Counted from the first letter of the stretch, positions 1 through 10,390 are shown. The stretch is DNA of 64,000 bases from Deltaproteobacteria bacterium (GCA_040218735.1 JAVJQW010000008.1:447147-511146), one strand, 5' to 3'. Translations and numbers: made by a program. Notes: generated from the letters alone by a model not told the origin.

Positions 1-1134
1 GCGGGCGGGGCCGGAAACTCCTGCACGGGCGCCGACTGCGACGAGACCGCCGTGACGTGCAACGTGGATTGCACGACGAACGTGGACGGAGACGGCATCG
101 TCGACTGCGCGGACACCTGCCTCGACGGTGACGGCGACGGCTACGGCCTCGCGGGCGGCGCGGGGAATACGTGCACGGCGGCCGACTGTGATGACGCCGT
201 TGCGACCTGCAACCTGGATTGCGTCACGGACGTCGACGGCGATACCACCGCCGACTGCAACGACAGTTGCCTCGACGCCGATGGCGACGGGTACGGCGCC
301 GCCGGAGGCCTGGGCAACACGTGCACCGGGCCGGACTGCGACGACCTCCGGGTGGCGTGCACGACGGACTGCGTCGCGTGCCTGCCGGGCACCATCTCAG
401 TCACGGCGCAGACACCCGTGGCGGCGTGCGGGACGTCGGTCGTCACGATCGATCTCGACAACTACGACAACGCTGCGGCCGACATCATGTGCAGCGCTTC
501 GAACGAGCTGTTGTTCGGCTCGACACAGTTCGAGATCGGGTTCGAGGAGTGGACCAGCTTCACCGGCGGCGGCCTGGTCGTGCTGCGATCTTGGCCGAAC
601 AGCTTCCCGACGCCGTCGTGCTCTGCGGGGACCAACGGTGACTTCGTCCGCTTCGACGAAGGCGATCCGAGCTTCCTGCAGCTCGGCGCTCCGCTCGACC
701 TCGCGGGCGTCGGAAACCTCGAGCTGAGCTTTACGGCTGGGTATCGCAACAACCCTCCGGCCGGCGACGTCCTCACGGTCTCCGCCTGCTGCGGCGTGGC
801 CTGCACCCCCACGGCCGTGGGGACGGTTCCGAACGACAACGTCACGCCGGGCGGCGACAACTGCCAGACCCGAACCTTCAACCTGCCCGCCACGCTCGAC
901 GACTGCAGCGCATTGATGGTGCGCTTCGACTGGCCCGACAGCAGCGCGCGTGCCGGCATCGACGACATCGTGTTACGCGGCGAGGCGCTGATGACGCCGG
1001 TCGCGGAGACGGGCGGGGGCATCTACACCAGCGCGCTGATGTCGTGCCCCGCGATCGCGTACGTCGTCTCCTGCACCTGGGACGATGGCGTGAACCCGTC
1101 ACGCCAAGACGCCGACGCGGTGTTCTTCCAGTAG
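1..1134 (+). CDS. 5'-truncated extracellular Cys/Asp-rich repeat protein (putative metal-binding DxDGDGYG...DCDD repeats) with a C-terminal beta-sandwich region
   Basis: Frame 1 is open from base 1. Repeats of the type CLDGDGDGYGxAGGxGNTCTxxDCDD / DVDGDxxxDC; stop at 1134. Confidence 0.75.
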   Translation, partial: AGGAGNSCTGADCDETAVTCNVDCTTNVDGDGIVDCADTCLDGDGDGYGLAGGAGNTCTAADCDDAVATCNLDCVTDVDGDTTADCNDSCLDADGDGYGAAGGLGNTCTGPDCDDLRVACTTDCVACLPGTISVTAQTPVAACGTSVVTIDLDNYDNAAADIMCSASNELLFGSTQFEIGFEEWTSFTGGGLVVLRSWPNSFPTPSCSAGTNGDFVRFDEGDPSFLQLGAPLDLAGVGNLELSFTAGYRNNPPAGDVLTVSACCGVACTPTAVGTVPNDNVTPGGDNCQTRTFNLPATLDDCSALMVRFDWPDSSARAGIDDIVLRGEALMTPVAETGGGIYTSALMSCPAIAYVVSCTWDDGVNPSRQDADAVFFQ

Positions 1135-1138
1135 TCGG

Positions 1139-2224
1139 TCACTCGACGAGCGGCTCGAACCACATCCGCGCCAGGCCTCCGCGTCCGGCGACGAGGTACG
1201 TCTCGGCGCCTTCTTCGCGGACGATCCGGTGCACGCTGTCGACGATGCTCGGACTCAGCGCCGTGTAGCGGCACGGCGACCCGTCGACGTCACTCGCCGC
1301 GCGGTGGCAGCTCGCGGAGACGAAGCCCCCGCCCGGCTTGGCGACAAAGGCTTGCACGGTCTCGTTGCGGTAGAGCTCACCTGCACAGGCGATGCGATTC
1401 TCAGCGTGATCGCCGGAGCGCAGGCCGGACGTGATCGGCGCACGGAACGTGTCGACGCGGACGATGAAACCCGCCGAGGTCCCCGCGTAGACGGCGTCCT
1501 CCGTGATCGTCAGCGCCGTCGGCTCCCCGTTGGGTTTGGGATCGATGATCTGGCACCTCGCTTCGTCCCCGAAGTAGACGCAGCTCTGCGCCTGGTCCGC
1601 CGCGACGAGGAATGGTCCCTTGTCCGGGTGGAACGCGACGGCGCCGCGCGTGATCGTCGCGGTCGAGCTGGTCTGGACGGCGATACGCCGCGGGGCGGTT
1701 CCGTTGACCCGCCAGAGCCCACCGCCGCGCTCCGGGTGGCCGGCGCCGTAGACGAGGCCACCGTCCGAGGGCCCGGCGATCGATTCGAGCGCGATGTTGC
1801 CGAGCGCCCATCGTTCCCGGACGACGTTCTGCGCGAGGTCGACGCGGACGAGGACACCTTCGTCGGCGTCGTCGAGCGCGCTCAGCCAGGCTTCGTCGCC
1901 ATCGATGCGGAACGCGTCGTAGATCTCCGTGAGGTCTTCGAGGCCGGACGGGGCGTCGATCGGGACCTCGTCCGCGCCGCTCGCGACGCGCCACCACCGA
2001 ACACCATCCTGAAGGGCGAGGTGGGCGCCCCCGAACGACACGATCGCGGAGACGGAGATCGCCGCCGTCCCCGTCTCGATGAGCGTCGCGTACTTCGCTT
2101 GGAGACAGCCTACGACCGGCGGCGTGCCCGCGTCCCGCGGAGGCCCGGCGTCCGTGGCTTCGACGATCACGATGTACGGCTCGCAGGCGGCGAGCAGGAG
2201 CGCGGCGGAGAGCCAGCGCTTCAC
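1139..2224 (-). CDS. Lipoprotein, probable beta-propeller, with DAG-rich linker
   Basis: GTG at 2224 overlaps the upstream stop. Lipobox in (M)KRWLSAALLLAAC, then DAGPPRDAG. The N-terminal part of the 632-aa track ORF is a shadow. Confidence 0.7.
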   Translation of the reverse strand: MKRWLSAALLLAACEPYIVIVEATDAGPPRDAGTPPVVGCLQAKYATLIETGTAAISVSAIVSFGGAHLALQDGVRWWRVASGADEVPIDAPSGLEDLTEIYDAFRIDGDEAWLSALDDADEGVLVRVDLAQNVVRERWALGNIALESIAGPSDGGLVYGAGHPERGGGLWRVNGTAPRRIAVQTSSTATITRGAVAFHPDKGPFLVAADQAQSCVYFGDEARCQIIDPKPNGEPTALTITEDAVYAGTSAGFIVRVDTFRAPITSGLRSGDHAENRIACAGELYRNETVQAFVAKPGGGFVSASCHRAASDVDGSPCRYTALSPSIVDSVHRIVREEGAETYLVAGRGGLARMWFEPLVE

Positions 2225-2916
2225 GGCCCGGCCCCCAAGAAGACGACGCCCGCCGTGGTGAGCACGGCGCCGACGAGCACGCTGAGGTTGGAGGTCAGCC
2301 CGAAGGTTGCGTTGCGGTCGCGTGCGTCCATCGCGACGGCGAGGTCGCCGCGTTCGGCGGCGGCTTCGGCGTCGGCTCGGTGCCCTTCGGCGATCACGCG
2401 CAGGGCGACGCCGGCCACGACGAGCGCGGCCCCTCCGCCGACGCCGGCCCACCCGAGCGCGGTGGAGCGCTCGGCGGGGGGGGCCGGGCTCGGCGCGCGC
2501 GGCGCGACGGAGAGCGGGAACAGCACCCGCGCCACGCCGTCGAGCGTCGGTGCCCACGAGTCGCGATCCCGCGGGAGGTCGAGGTGCAGCGACTTCGGGT
2601 CGTCGCCCTCCGGGGCGTACTCGATCGCGATGCGCGCGAGCTGCGTCCCGCTGAACATCTTCACGGTGACGACGGAGTTGACGCCGGTGCGCGCCACGAG
2701 CTCGTCCGCGCTGGTCGCGAACTCGTCGAGCACTGGGCTCTGGCCGGTCTCCCGTTCCAACGAAGCGGCGAAGGACGCGATGAGGTAGCTCCGGTCGTCG
2801 GCGCTGACACCCTCGGTGGCCGCGACGAAGAGGCCGACCGACGGTGTGGCGGCGATCAGCGCGAGCCACGGCAAGGTCACGACCCGGAGCCTCCCCGAGG
2901 CGAAGACGGCGCGCAA
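2221..2916 (-). CDS. Hypothetical exported/membrane protein with two C-terminal TM helices (tail like that of PEGA proteins)
   Basis: Signal-like N-terminus, Pro-rich linker, hydrophobic segments LGWAGVGGGAALVVAGVAL and VLVGAVLTTAGVVFLG. Start uncertain. Confidence 0.65.
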   Translation of the reverse strand: MRAVFASGRLRVVTLPWLALIAATPSVGLFVAATEGVSADDRSYLIASFAASLERETGQSPVLDEFATSADELVARTGVNSVVTVKMFSGTQLARIAIEYAPEGDDPKSLHLDLPRDRDSWAPTLDGVARVLFPLSVAPRAPSPAPPAERSTALGWAGVGGGAALVVAGVALRVIAEGHRADAEAAAERGDLAVAMDARDRNATFGLTSNLSVLVGAVLTTAGVVFLGAGP

Positions 2917-2926
2917 GGCTGCTACG

Positions 2927-4552
2927 ATGTGGCCCGTGGGCGACGTCGATCCGCTGCTCGGCCGAATGGTCGGGCCCTACCGTATCGGCGCGCTCCTCGG
3001 GGTGGGCGCGTCCGGGCGGGTCTACCGGGCGGAGCACGTGTCGCTGCTACGCCGCGCCGCGGTGAAGGTGTTCGAGGGGCACGTGCTCGAGCCGGGCAAC
3101 GCGCGTGAGCGCTTCCTCCGCGAGGCGGGCGCGCTCACGCGGCTCGAGCACGGCAACGTCGTCCGGCTCTACGATGCCTCGGTCACCGACGACGAGATTC
3201 CGTACCTCGCGATGGAGTGGATCGATGGCGTGACCCTCGCCGACCAGATGAAGGTCGGTCTCACGCCCGGTCGCGCGATCCTGATCGGGTCGCAGGTCGC
3301 CCGCGGCCTCGCGGCGATCCACGACGCCGGTTTCGTTCACCGGGATCTCAAACCGACGAACGTCATGCTCACGTCCAACGACGGGACGGTGAAGATCGTC
3401 GACTTCGGGATCGTGCGCTCGCAGTGGTTCCCGACGATCACCGCCGTCGACTCCATCGTCGGGACGCCGCGGTTCATGGCACCCGAGCAGCTACTGGAGA
3501 GTCGAAGCGCGTCCGCGGCGGCCGACCTGTACGCGCTGGGCGCGATGTTGTTCCTCATGTTCACCGGGGAGCCGCACGTGCACGGCGTCGACCTCAAGCA
3601 GATCATCACGGCGCAGCTCTCGGAGGTTCCGCCGTCCCTGGAGCCGACGTACGGCGAGGTCGGCGCGCTCGTGGATCGAATGCTCGACAAGATCCCTGAG
3701 TCGCGACCGTCGGCGGCGGAGGTCGCCGCGGTGTTCGCGGCGCACGCGCCCGAGGAGCCGACCGAAGGCATGACGCGCGTCCTCACGGAGGTTCGCTCCG
3801 CTCGTCAGGCGGCGGACCGGCGCGCGCCGATCGTCGTGCCGACGCCGCTCACGCAGAGCGACGCGCTGACGGCGACGCCCGCCGCGCCCCGTCGACCTTG
3901 GCTGGCGTCGGCGGCGGCGTTCGTCATCGTCGCGGCGGCGGCCGGCTGGCTCACGATGCGTTGGGTGGCGCCGACGCGGGCTCCGGTGGAGCCCCAGCCG
4001 GCCGAACGATCCGCGCAGGTCACGCCGCGGATCGCCGCGCCGTCCGCGGTCGAGCGTTCGGCCGAGGTCCCGTCGGCGACCGAGCGCTCCGCCGAGGGCA
4101 CCCCGCGGATGCCTTCGGCGGTGGAGCGCTCCGTGGTTCCTTCGCCGTCCGCGGCGAAGCGTGCCGAGGTTGCTCCGCGGACGTCCGCGCCGGAGGTTGG
4201 CTCCGAGCGGGGGGCGGCGACGCTCGACGCCGAGCGGCCAGCGCCTTCCCGTCGTTCCGGGCAGACGCGTGCACGCGCTTCGGACGTCGCACCGTCCGAC
4301 AGCGCTGCACCGTCGCCACCGCCGACCGTGGCGGCGTTGCGGGAGCGGATGCGGTCGTTGCGTGCGCAGTACCGCGCGGTGGGCTCGCGTCTCGCGCCCG
4401 ACGTGGGGCGCGCGCTCGACGCACGTTACTTCGATCTCGAGACGCAGCTCGATCGCGCGCAGAGCGACCAGGCGCGGATCACCTTCGCGGCGTCGTGTGA
4501 CGCCTTCGAGCGCGAGCTGCGCGCCGCCGTCACTCGAGCAGCCAAGCCTTGA
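2927..4552 (+). CDS. Membrane Ser/Thr protein kinase
   Basis: LGVGASGRVY, AVK, HRDLKPTN, DFG and APE motifs; TM helix; PSAVERSAE-type repeats. Start uncertain (2927 or 2936). Confidence 0.92.
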   Translation: MWPVGDVDPLLGRMVGPYRIGALLGVGASGRVYRAEHVSLLRRAAVKVFEGHVLEPGNARERFLREAGALTRLEHGNVVRLYDASVTDDEIPYLAMEWIDGVTLADQMKVGLTPGRAILIGSQVARGLAAIHDAGFVHRDLKPTNVMLTSNDGTVKIVDFGIVRSQWFPTITAVDSIVGTPRFMAPEQLLESRSASAAADLYALGAMLFLMFTGEPHVHGVDLKQIITAQLSEVPPSLEPTYGEVGALVDRMLDKIPESRPSAAEVAAVFAAHAPEEPTEGMTRVLTEVRSARQAADRRAPIVVPTPLTQSDALTATPAAPRRPWLASAAAFVIVAAAAGWLTMRWVAPTRAPVEPQPAERSAQVTPRIAAPSAVERSAEVPSATERSAEGTPRMPSAVERSVVPSPSAAKRAEVAPRTSAPEVGSERGAATLDAERPAPSRRSGQTRARASDVAPSDSAAPSPPPTVAALRERMRSLRAQYRAVGSRLAPDVGRALDARYFDLETQLDRAQSDQARITFAASCDAFERELRAAVTRAAKP

Positions 4553-5135
4553 TCGCCGGGACCTCCGTGCGCGCCCACTTCGGCGCGGTGCGGACCTTCA
4601 TGAAGGCATCCCACAGCGCATCCACGAGCTGGCCGAGGCGCTCGGTCAACCACAGTCGCTCCAGGAGTCGATCGTCTTCCTCCTCCTGAAGGAGCGCGGG
4701 GAGGTTCGCGGCGCGGAACGCGAGGTTCTCGGCGTCGAGGGTGACCTCGAAGACCTGCTCGCCGTGTTGGATCCGGAGGCGTGCGCGGTGGACGAGGAGC
4801 CCGCGGTCGATCGCGATGCGTACGATCTCCGCGTACGCCGACGTGTGGCCTTTGACGGCGAGCTCCGTCGCTTCGCCCGCGAGGCCCCTCAGGACGACGT
4901 CGCCGACGAGCAGCGCGCTGACCGGTGCGTCGTCGACGACCGCGATCGTGTCGCCGCTCGCGGTGCGCCAGAGCATCCACGTCAACATCTCGCGCCCGAG
5001 GTACGCCCGGTTGTGGGCGAGGGCGTCGAGCGCTTTGCCGCGTTCGACCTCTCCGGCGTCGACCTCCTCTTCGATCGCTTCACCGTCGACGCCCAGCTCG
5101 CCGCGCAGGAACTTGGTCTCGTCCGACTTGGCCAT
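4530..5135 (-). CDS. RdgC-like protein (second member of tandem pair)
   Basis: ATG at 5135 is coupled to the upstream stop. YLGREMLTWMLW and LLERLWLTE motifs resemble deltaproteobacterial RdgC-like partner proteins. Confidence 0.65.
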   Translation of the reverse strand: MAKSDETKFLRGELGVDGEAIEEEVDAGEVERGKALDALAHNRAYLGREMLTWMLWRTASGDTIAVVDDAPVSALLVGDVVLRGLAGEATELAVKGHTSAYAEIVRIAIDRGLLVHRARLRIQHGEQVFEVTLDAENLAFRAANLPALLQEEEDDRLLERLWLTERLGQLVDALWDAFMKVRTAPKWARTEVPAIKAWLLE

Positions 5136-5761
5136 CAGCGCACCTGCAACGCGACGTCGTCGCCGAAGAGCTCGGGGGTCGCGCGGATCTTGTCGACGTC
5201 GACGTCGGACGCATCGACGCGCGCGCCGGGTGACGTGGAGTGGAGGGTGACGTCGAATGCCTCTTCGATCGCGACTTGGATCTCCTCGACGATCTTCTTC
5301 GACGAGGCCCACAGCTGCACCGCGTTGGTGTCGAGGTTCCAGCTCACGTCGAACGTCTGCGTGGAGACGAACGCACGACGGCGCAGCTTCTTCAGGATGA
5401 TCTCCTTTTGCGCCGACTTGTCCGCGCGCTTCGGCGGGTGCCCGATCTTCTCTTCGAACGCGCGCGACCACGCGTCGATCTCGGAGCGCACCAGCGCCGC
5501 CGGAACGCGCACGCTGTCGACCCGCCACGTCGCGAGCAGGTAGCTCCCGTACAAGAACCGGCTCGGCGCGAGGTCGGTCGCCTGGTGGTCCTCGAGCTCG
5601 ACCCATCCGGCGGAGCGATCCTGCTCACCGGATTGATCGAGCGGCTCGAAGGCGCCCTTGCGGAGGGCGTTCGCCAGGGATCGCCTCGGATCCTTCGTGG
5701 GTTCCTTGTGATGTTCCGCGCGGAAGCGCGAGTACGTCACCGCACCTTTGAGCAGCGGCAT
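5135..5761 (-). CDS. rdgC: Recombination-associated protein RdgC family
   Basis: MPLLKGAVTYSRF, FEPLD...SAGWVE, WRVDSVRVPA, FDVSWNL motifs. Confidence 0.75.
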   Translation of the reverse strand: MPLLKGAVTYSRFRAEHHKEPTKDPRRSLANALRKGAFEPLDQSGEQDRSAGWVELEDHQATDLAPSRFLYGSYLLATWRVDSVRVPAALVRSEIDAWSRAFEEKIGHPPKRADKSAQKEIILKKLRRRAFVSTQTFDVSWNLDTNAVQLWASSKKIVEEIQVAIEEAFDVTLHSTSPGARVDASDVDVDKIRATPELFGDDVALQVR

Positions 5762-5895
5762 GGGCGCGCGACGTTCGGTCGGGTGCTGCGCGCGGTCAAC
5801 CGGGTCGTCGCCACCCGCACCGGGTAGCCGATGACACGGTCGCGACGGCTTCGGGAACGCCGAGCGTTGGCGCGGTGTCTGCAACCGGGAACCGC

Positions 5896-6996
5896 ATGAC
5901 CACCGAGCTGACGCCGTACACCCCACCCCATGCTCCGGAGCGGACCTTCGCTCCGCGGAGCGGCGTCGGGTTTCTCATCGGCGCCGGCGTCGCGTTCTTC
6001 CTGGTCGGGATCGGCACCGGCGTGGCGCTCGGGGCGCTCGCCGCCTACCCGTTCGGAGTCTCGGGCGTACTCTTCTTCGTCGCCTTCCTCCGCAGCGCAC
6101 GTCACCAGTGGCGATTGTTCGCGGCGCCCGCCGGCGTGGTGAGCGCTTGGGTGATGCTCGGCAACTTCGCGGTGGTGCTGTTGTCGCTCGGCGCCTCGGC
6201 GCTCGGTGCGCTCACCGCGTTCGTTTCGACGTTGAGCTTCTCGCGCGGTCGTCAGGTCGAGAAACACGGTCGGAAGGTCTTCGCCGATCTGTACGAAGCC
6301 GTGGAGCACCGGACCGAGGCACGCGTCGGCGTACCGGAGGAGGTCGCGGAGGCGTGGCGCAAGAACGGCCTCACCGAGCACGCCTCGGTGGCCGCCTTCG
6401 CACGCTTGTCGATCGAGCTGCTGGAGCTGGGCGCGCCGCCCCGCCTCGTCGACGCCGCGCACGCCGACGCCCTCGACGAGTCGCGCCACACCGACCTCTG
6501 CTTCGACCTCGCACGGCAGCTCGACGGTCGCGACGTTCGCCCCGGCGCGTTCCCGACCGGCGCCGCGCGCGCCACGCGAGGGCCGCGCACGATTCGTCTG
6601 TGCCGCCTCGCCGTCGAGAGCCTGATCGACGGCGCGATCAACGAGGGCGTGTCGGCGCGGGTCGTCGCGGATCTGTCCAAGGCCGTCACGGATCCGAAGA
6701 TCGCCGAGGTCCTCCGCGCAATCGCTCGCGACGAAGGGCGCCACGCGGTGCACGGGTTCGAGGTCCTCGCGTGGTGCATCCAAGAGGGCGGGCGCCCGGT
6801 CGTCGCTGCGGTGGAGAGCGCGTTGGCGCACCTGCCGAAGACACTCGGGCGCGGACTCTCCGAGGACGCCGCCGATGGCCGCTGGGAGCGCTACGGAATC
6901 CCCAGCCGCGGACGCGAGACCGAGGCCTTCGAAGTGGTGCGCGCAAGGACGATCCAGCGGACACGACGGCTGATCGAGAAGGCTCGCGCTGCATGA
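5896..6996 (+). CDS. Membrane-anchored ferritin-like (di-iron) domain protein
   Basis: N-terminal TM helices; EHASVAAF, DESRH, INEG and DEGRH di-iron ligand pattern. Confidence 0.8.
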   Translation: MTTELTPYTPPHAPERTFAPRSGVGFLIGAGVAFFLVGIGTGVALGALAAYPFGVSGVLFFVAFLRSARHQWRLFAAPAGVVSAWVMLGNFAVVLLSLGASALGALTAFVSTLSFSRGRQVEKHGRKVFADLYEAVEHRTEARVGVPEEVAEAWRKNGLTEHASVAAFARLSIELLELGAPPRLVDAAHADALDESRHTDLCFDLARQLDGRDVRPGAFPTGAARATRGPRTIRLCRLAVESLIDGAINEGVSARVVADLSKAVTDPKIAEVLRAIARDEGRHAVHGFEVLAWCIQEGGRPVVAAVESALAHLPKTLGRGLSEDAADGRWERYGIPSRGRETEAFEVVRARTIQRTRRLIEKARAA

Positions 6997-7440
6997 GCTG
7001 AGGACGCGCCCGCTCATCACCGATCGGCTCGTTTGTGTGGTGCGCGAGGGCTGGAGCACATCCAGATCGCACCGCGCGGTCGCCCCGGAGGTTACGTCGA
7101 CGAGCTGTTAGCGGCGCGCGGCCTCTCGCGGCGGGTGGCGCGCGCGGTGCCGTACTTCTCGGCGGCGCTGCAGATGGTGGCGAGCTCGGACCGGATCCTC
7201 ACGGTGTCGGAGCGCATCGCGCGTCTCGCGGCGCCGACGCTCGGGCTCACGGTCGTCGAGCCGCCGCTCCCCTTGGAGCCGTTTGCGCTCAGCATGGTTT
7301 GGCACCCGCGGTTCGACGCCGACCCCGCGCACCGTTGGATCCGCGAACAGCTCCTCGACGTGTCACGGGAGAAGGACGGACTCGTGCACCGCTCCGCGCG
7401 CAAGCGCCTCAGTCGGTCCGATCCGACGGGGCGGCGTTGA
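6995..7440 (+). pseudogene. LysR-type regulator remnant (substrate-binding domain only, frameshifted)
   Basis: Frame 2 reads ELRTRPLITDRLVCVVREG, then frame 1 continues LEHIQIAPRG...VPYFSAA...SSDRILTV...MVWHPRFDADPAHRWIR. No HTH and no proper start. Confidence 0.8.
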
Positions 7441-7492
7441 GGGTTGCATCCGGTGCAATGAGGATGTCCAAACGGATCGAGGCGCTGGGGCG

Positions 7493-9220
7493 TTAGCGGT
7501 CGACGCGGAGCAGCTTCGCGTCCCAGGGGAGGAGCACCCAGATGCGGCCATCGTCGTCGGCGATCATGCGCCCCGGGGCGCCGTGGCCGGTGGGGACCGA
7601 GCCGGGGACGAAGCGCTGCGTCTCGAGGTCGTACTCCGCGAGGGACGCGGGCCAGTTCACCTGGTCCGTCGACCACGTGCCGGCGACGAGCGCGCGGGTC
7701 GTGCCGGGCCAGCGCAGCGTGGCCATGGGGCGGGCGTCGTCGTCGAAGATCACCGAGCGTTCCAGGACCTGCGTCTCGGTGATCGGGTAGACGCCGGCGT
7801 TCTTGCGGCTGAGCGTGAACAGCGCGAGCTCGCCGGTCCAGGAGACGTCGCTCGTGCGGTGATCCTCGCGATCGATCTGCGGCGGGAACTGCACGACGTC
7901 GCGCACGACGCCGGCGTCGAGATCGAACCAGTGCACGCGCGGGCGTTCGGTGTCGGCGAGGATCGCCGTGGTGGTGTCGACGGAGGTGCCGTGGACGATC
8001 GTGACCTCGGGGTGCCACGTGCGGTGCGCGGGCGCGAGGGTGGCGAGGTCCCACGTGAACACCTTCGTGCCACCCGTGGTGACGACGGCCGTGACGACGG
8101 TGTCGCCCACAACGTCGAAGTACGAGACGCGCGCGTCTTGGGTGAACAGCAGCGGCGCCTCCTCGGGGCCCGGATTGAAGCGTGCGTCCGCGGTCACGCG
8201 GTTCACGACGCGCCCGCGGCGGTCGAATCGGGTCAGCTCGAAGCGGCCGTTGAGGCTCTCCATGCCGAGGAAGCCGTCGGCGGTCGGCGCGAGGCGCTGA
8301 ACGCAGCCGGGCACCGCGGCGCTCGCCGTTCGGGTGAGGGTGTCGACGTCGTAGATTTCGATGACGCCACGCACGGCTTCGCCGCACCCGCGGAACGGCG
8401 TGCCGGGACCGACGCTCAGCGCGAGGTCATCGCCCGAGATCGCGAAGTCGTGGGCGTAGCCGAAGAAGCGCGACGCGACCGGTGGCAACACGAGCTGCCC
8501 GATCAGATCCGGAGGGGGGCTGTACGGCTCGACGTCGAGGAAGCGGATCGTCTCGACCTCGAGGTCGAGCTCCCGTTCGGTGTACGCATGCACGACGCAC
8601 ATCTCGGGCGCTCGGCAGGTGTAGGTCGCGGCGCGGGGCGGGATGGGCTCGACGGCCTCACACGCGACGGGGGCGATCGGTTCGAGACACATCGATCCGT
8701 CGGGCCACAGCGTCCCGTTCATCCGCCCGAACTCGCAGTCGAGGTCGAATTCGAAGCGACACTGCGTGCGGGAGATCGTCGTGAGGGGGCAGCGGAAGAG
8801 TTTGCACTCGAGGTCGAAGGACACGTCGAGTGGGTCGACGTCCGGGCAGGCTGCCTCCATCCACGTCGCGGTGAGCGGTGGTGCATCGACGGCCGTGCCG
8901 TCGGGGAGTCGCACGGCGACGGCGGGGCTCGGCAAGCGAGGTTGACACCCACTCGCGGCGCGGAGTGTGTCGGTCGCGAGCGCTTCCGCCGCGGGTGGGT
9001 TCATCGCGGCGATGGCCTCCGCGGTCCAGCCGATCGCGATCGCGTCGTCCGCGAAGTAAACGGAGGCGCTGCGGTCGAAGGGCAACAGCCCGGTCGCGCC
9101 GGTCACGGTTTCGCCGTCGACCTGAACCGCGGCGTACCAGGCGACGTCGTCGCCGAACGGGATACGCTCCGGCGCGCCGCACGCGCCTGACAGCAGCGCG
9201 ATGGCGACCCAACGTCTCAT
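7493..9220 (-). CDS. Cys-rich lipoprotein with C-terminal beta-propeller-like region
   Basis: ATG at 9220 is coupled to the upstream stop; lipobox MRRWVAIALLSGAC. Confidence 0.72.
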   Translation of the reverse strand: MRRWVAIALLSGACGAPERIPFGDDVAWYAAVQVDGETVTGATGLLPFDRSASVYFADDAIAIGWTAEAIAAMNPPAAEALATDTLRAASGCQPRLPSPAVAVRLPDGTAVDAPPLTATWMEAACPDVDPLDVSFDLECKLFRCPLTTISRTQCRFEFDLDCEFGRMNGTLWPDGSMCLEPIAPVACEAVEPIPPRAATYTCRAPEMCVVHAYTERELDLEVETIRFLDVEPYSPPPDLIGQLVLPPVASRFFGYAHDFAISGDDLALSVGPGTPFRGCGEAVRGVIEIYDVDTLTRTASAAVPGCVQRLAPTADGFLGMESLNGRFELTRFDRRGRVVNRVTADARFNPGPEEAPLLFTQDARVSYFDVVGDTVVTAVVTTGGTKVFTWDLATLAPAHRTWHPEVTIVHGTSVDTTTAILADTERPRVHWFDLDAGVVRDVVQFPPQIDREDHRTSDVSWTGELALFTLSRKNAGVYPITETQVLERSVIFDDDARPMATLRWPGTTRALVAGTWSTDQVNWPASLAEYDLETQRFVPGSVPTGHGAPGRMIADDDGRIWVLLPWDAKLLRVDR

Positions 9221-10380
9221 CGCGAATCCAACACCGCGGCGGCGGTGGCGCCGGCCACGCCCGCGCCGACGCCGGTCAACAGCTCTACCCACGGGAAGCC
9301 GCCGTCGTCGTCGAGCCACCACGTTGCGATCGCCCAGCCGGCGCCCATGAGTCCGATGCCGGCGGCGACGACCGGGATGGAGATGCCGCCCGGGTTGACC
9401 GCGTCGCGATCGGAGGAGGGGAGGTCGCCGGTCGAGAGCCCGAAGCGCGGTGCGCCGAGCGGGGTGCACGGGGCGTCTTCGTCGGCGGCGAGACAGGCGT
9501 CGTCCACGGCGTTGGCGCGCACGATCGCGTAGACGCCGAGGGACACACCGATCGCCGCGGCGGTCAGTCCGGAGTAGGTGAGCACGCGCCGCGCGACGGG
9601 GGAGGCGCCGAGGGGGAGCAACGTGATCGCGGCGGTGGCGGTGCGGCTGCGTTCGACGTGGATCGGTCGCGTCTCGGCGGTGAACCCGGGGCGCCGGAAC
9701 GCGAGCACGCGCCGGCCGGGGCGGACCTCTTCGACGCGGGTCGTGCCGGCGGCGAGTGTGCTGCGGAGGGTGCCGTCGATCCACAGCTCGACTTGCGGCG
9801 TCTCGATCGTGATCTCGATGCGGCCGAAGGGCGCGAGCTCGTTCATCGCGTTCAGCAGCGGCGCGAGCTCGTGGTCGATGCTGCCTTCGAAGAACGTCGG
9901 GAGGCCGGTGGCGTCGACGACCGTCGGCTGGGTTCGTGCGGAGCGGGACCAGATGCAGTCTTCGATCGCCTCGCGTGCTTCGCGACCTTCGACGCCGGGA
10001 CCGGCGCGGCACTGGGCGGCGCGTTCGGTGTCGATCAGGGTGAGTTGCAGGCGGTCGCGCCCGTCGCCCACAGGGAGCACGGTGATCGCGACGATCGCAG
10101 CGAGGCGCTCCCGGCCGGAGCGCGCGGCGTCGACCCAGCACGCGAGGCGCGCGGGCCCGTCGCACCGCGCGAGGCGCTCGGCGTCCACGCCGGCCTGCGC
10201 GGGCGGTCGAACGTCGAGGCCGGTCTTCGCGCGGAACGTCGCATCGGCGACGCGCACGAGATCCGTCGAAGGCGCCGCGCCCTTGGGGAGCGCCACGACC
10301 ATCAGCGCCGGCGTGCGCTCCGCGAGCCCGACGCGCGCGCTGGACGCGATCGCGGCGAGGACGAGGAGGGCAGGGCTCAC
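9217..10380 (-). CDS. PEGA-domain membrane protein
   Basis: GRIEITIETPQVELWIDG...VRPGRRVLAFRRPGF PEGA-like pattern; signal peptide and C-terminal TM helices; GTG start at 10380. Confidence 0.72.
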   Translation of the reverse strand: MSPALLVLAAIASSARVGLAERTPALMVVALPKGAAPSTDLVRVADATFRAKTGLDVRPPAQAGVDAERLARCDGPARLACWVDAARSGRERLAAIVAITVLPVGDGRDRLQLTLIDTERAAQCRAGPGVEGREAREAIEDCIWSRSARTQPTVVDATGLPTFFEGSIDHELAPLLNAMNELAPFGRIEITIETPQVELWIDGTLRSTLAAGTTRVEEVRPGRRVLAFRRPGFTAETRPIHVERSRTATAAITLLPLGASPVARRVLTYSGLTAAAIGVSLGVYAIVRANAVDDACLAADEDAPCTPLGAPRFGLSTGDLPSSDRDAVNPGGISIPVVAAGIGLMGAGWAIATWWLDDDGGFPWVELLTGVGAGVAGATAAAVLDSR

Positions 10381-10390
10381 GGGGCGGAGC

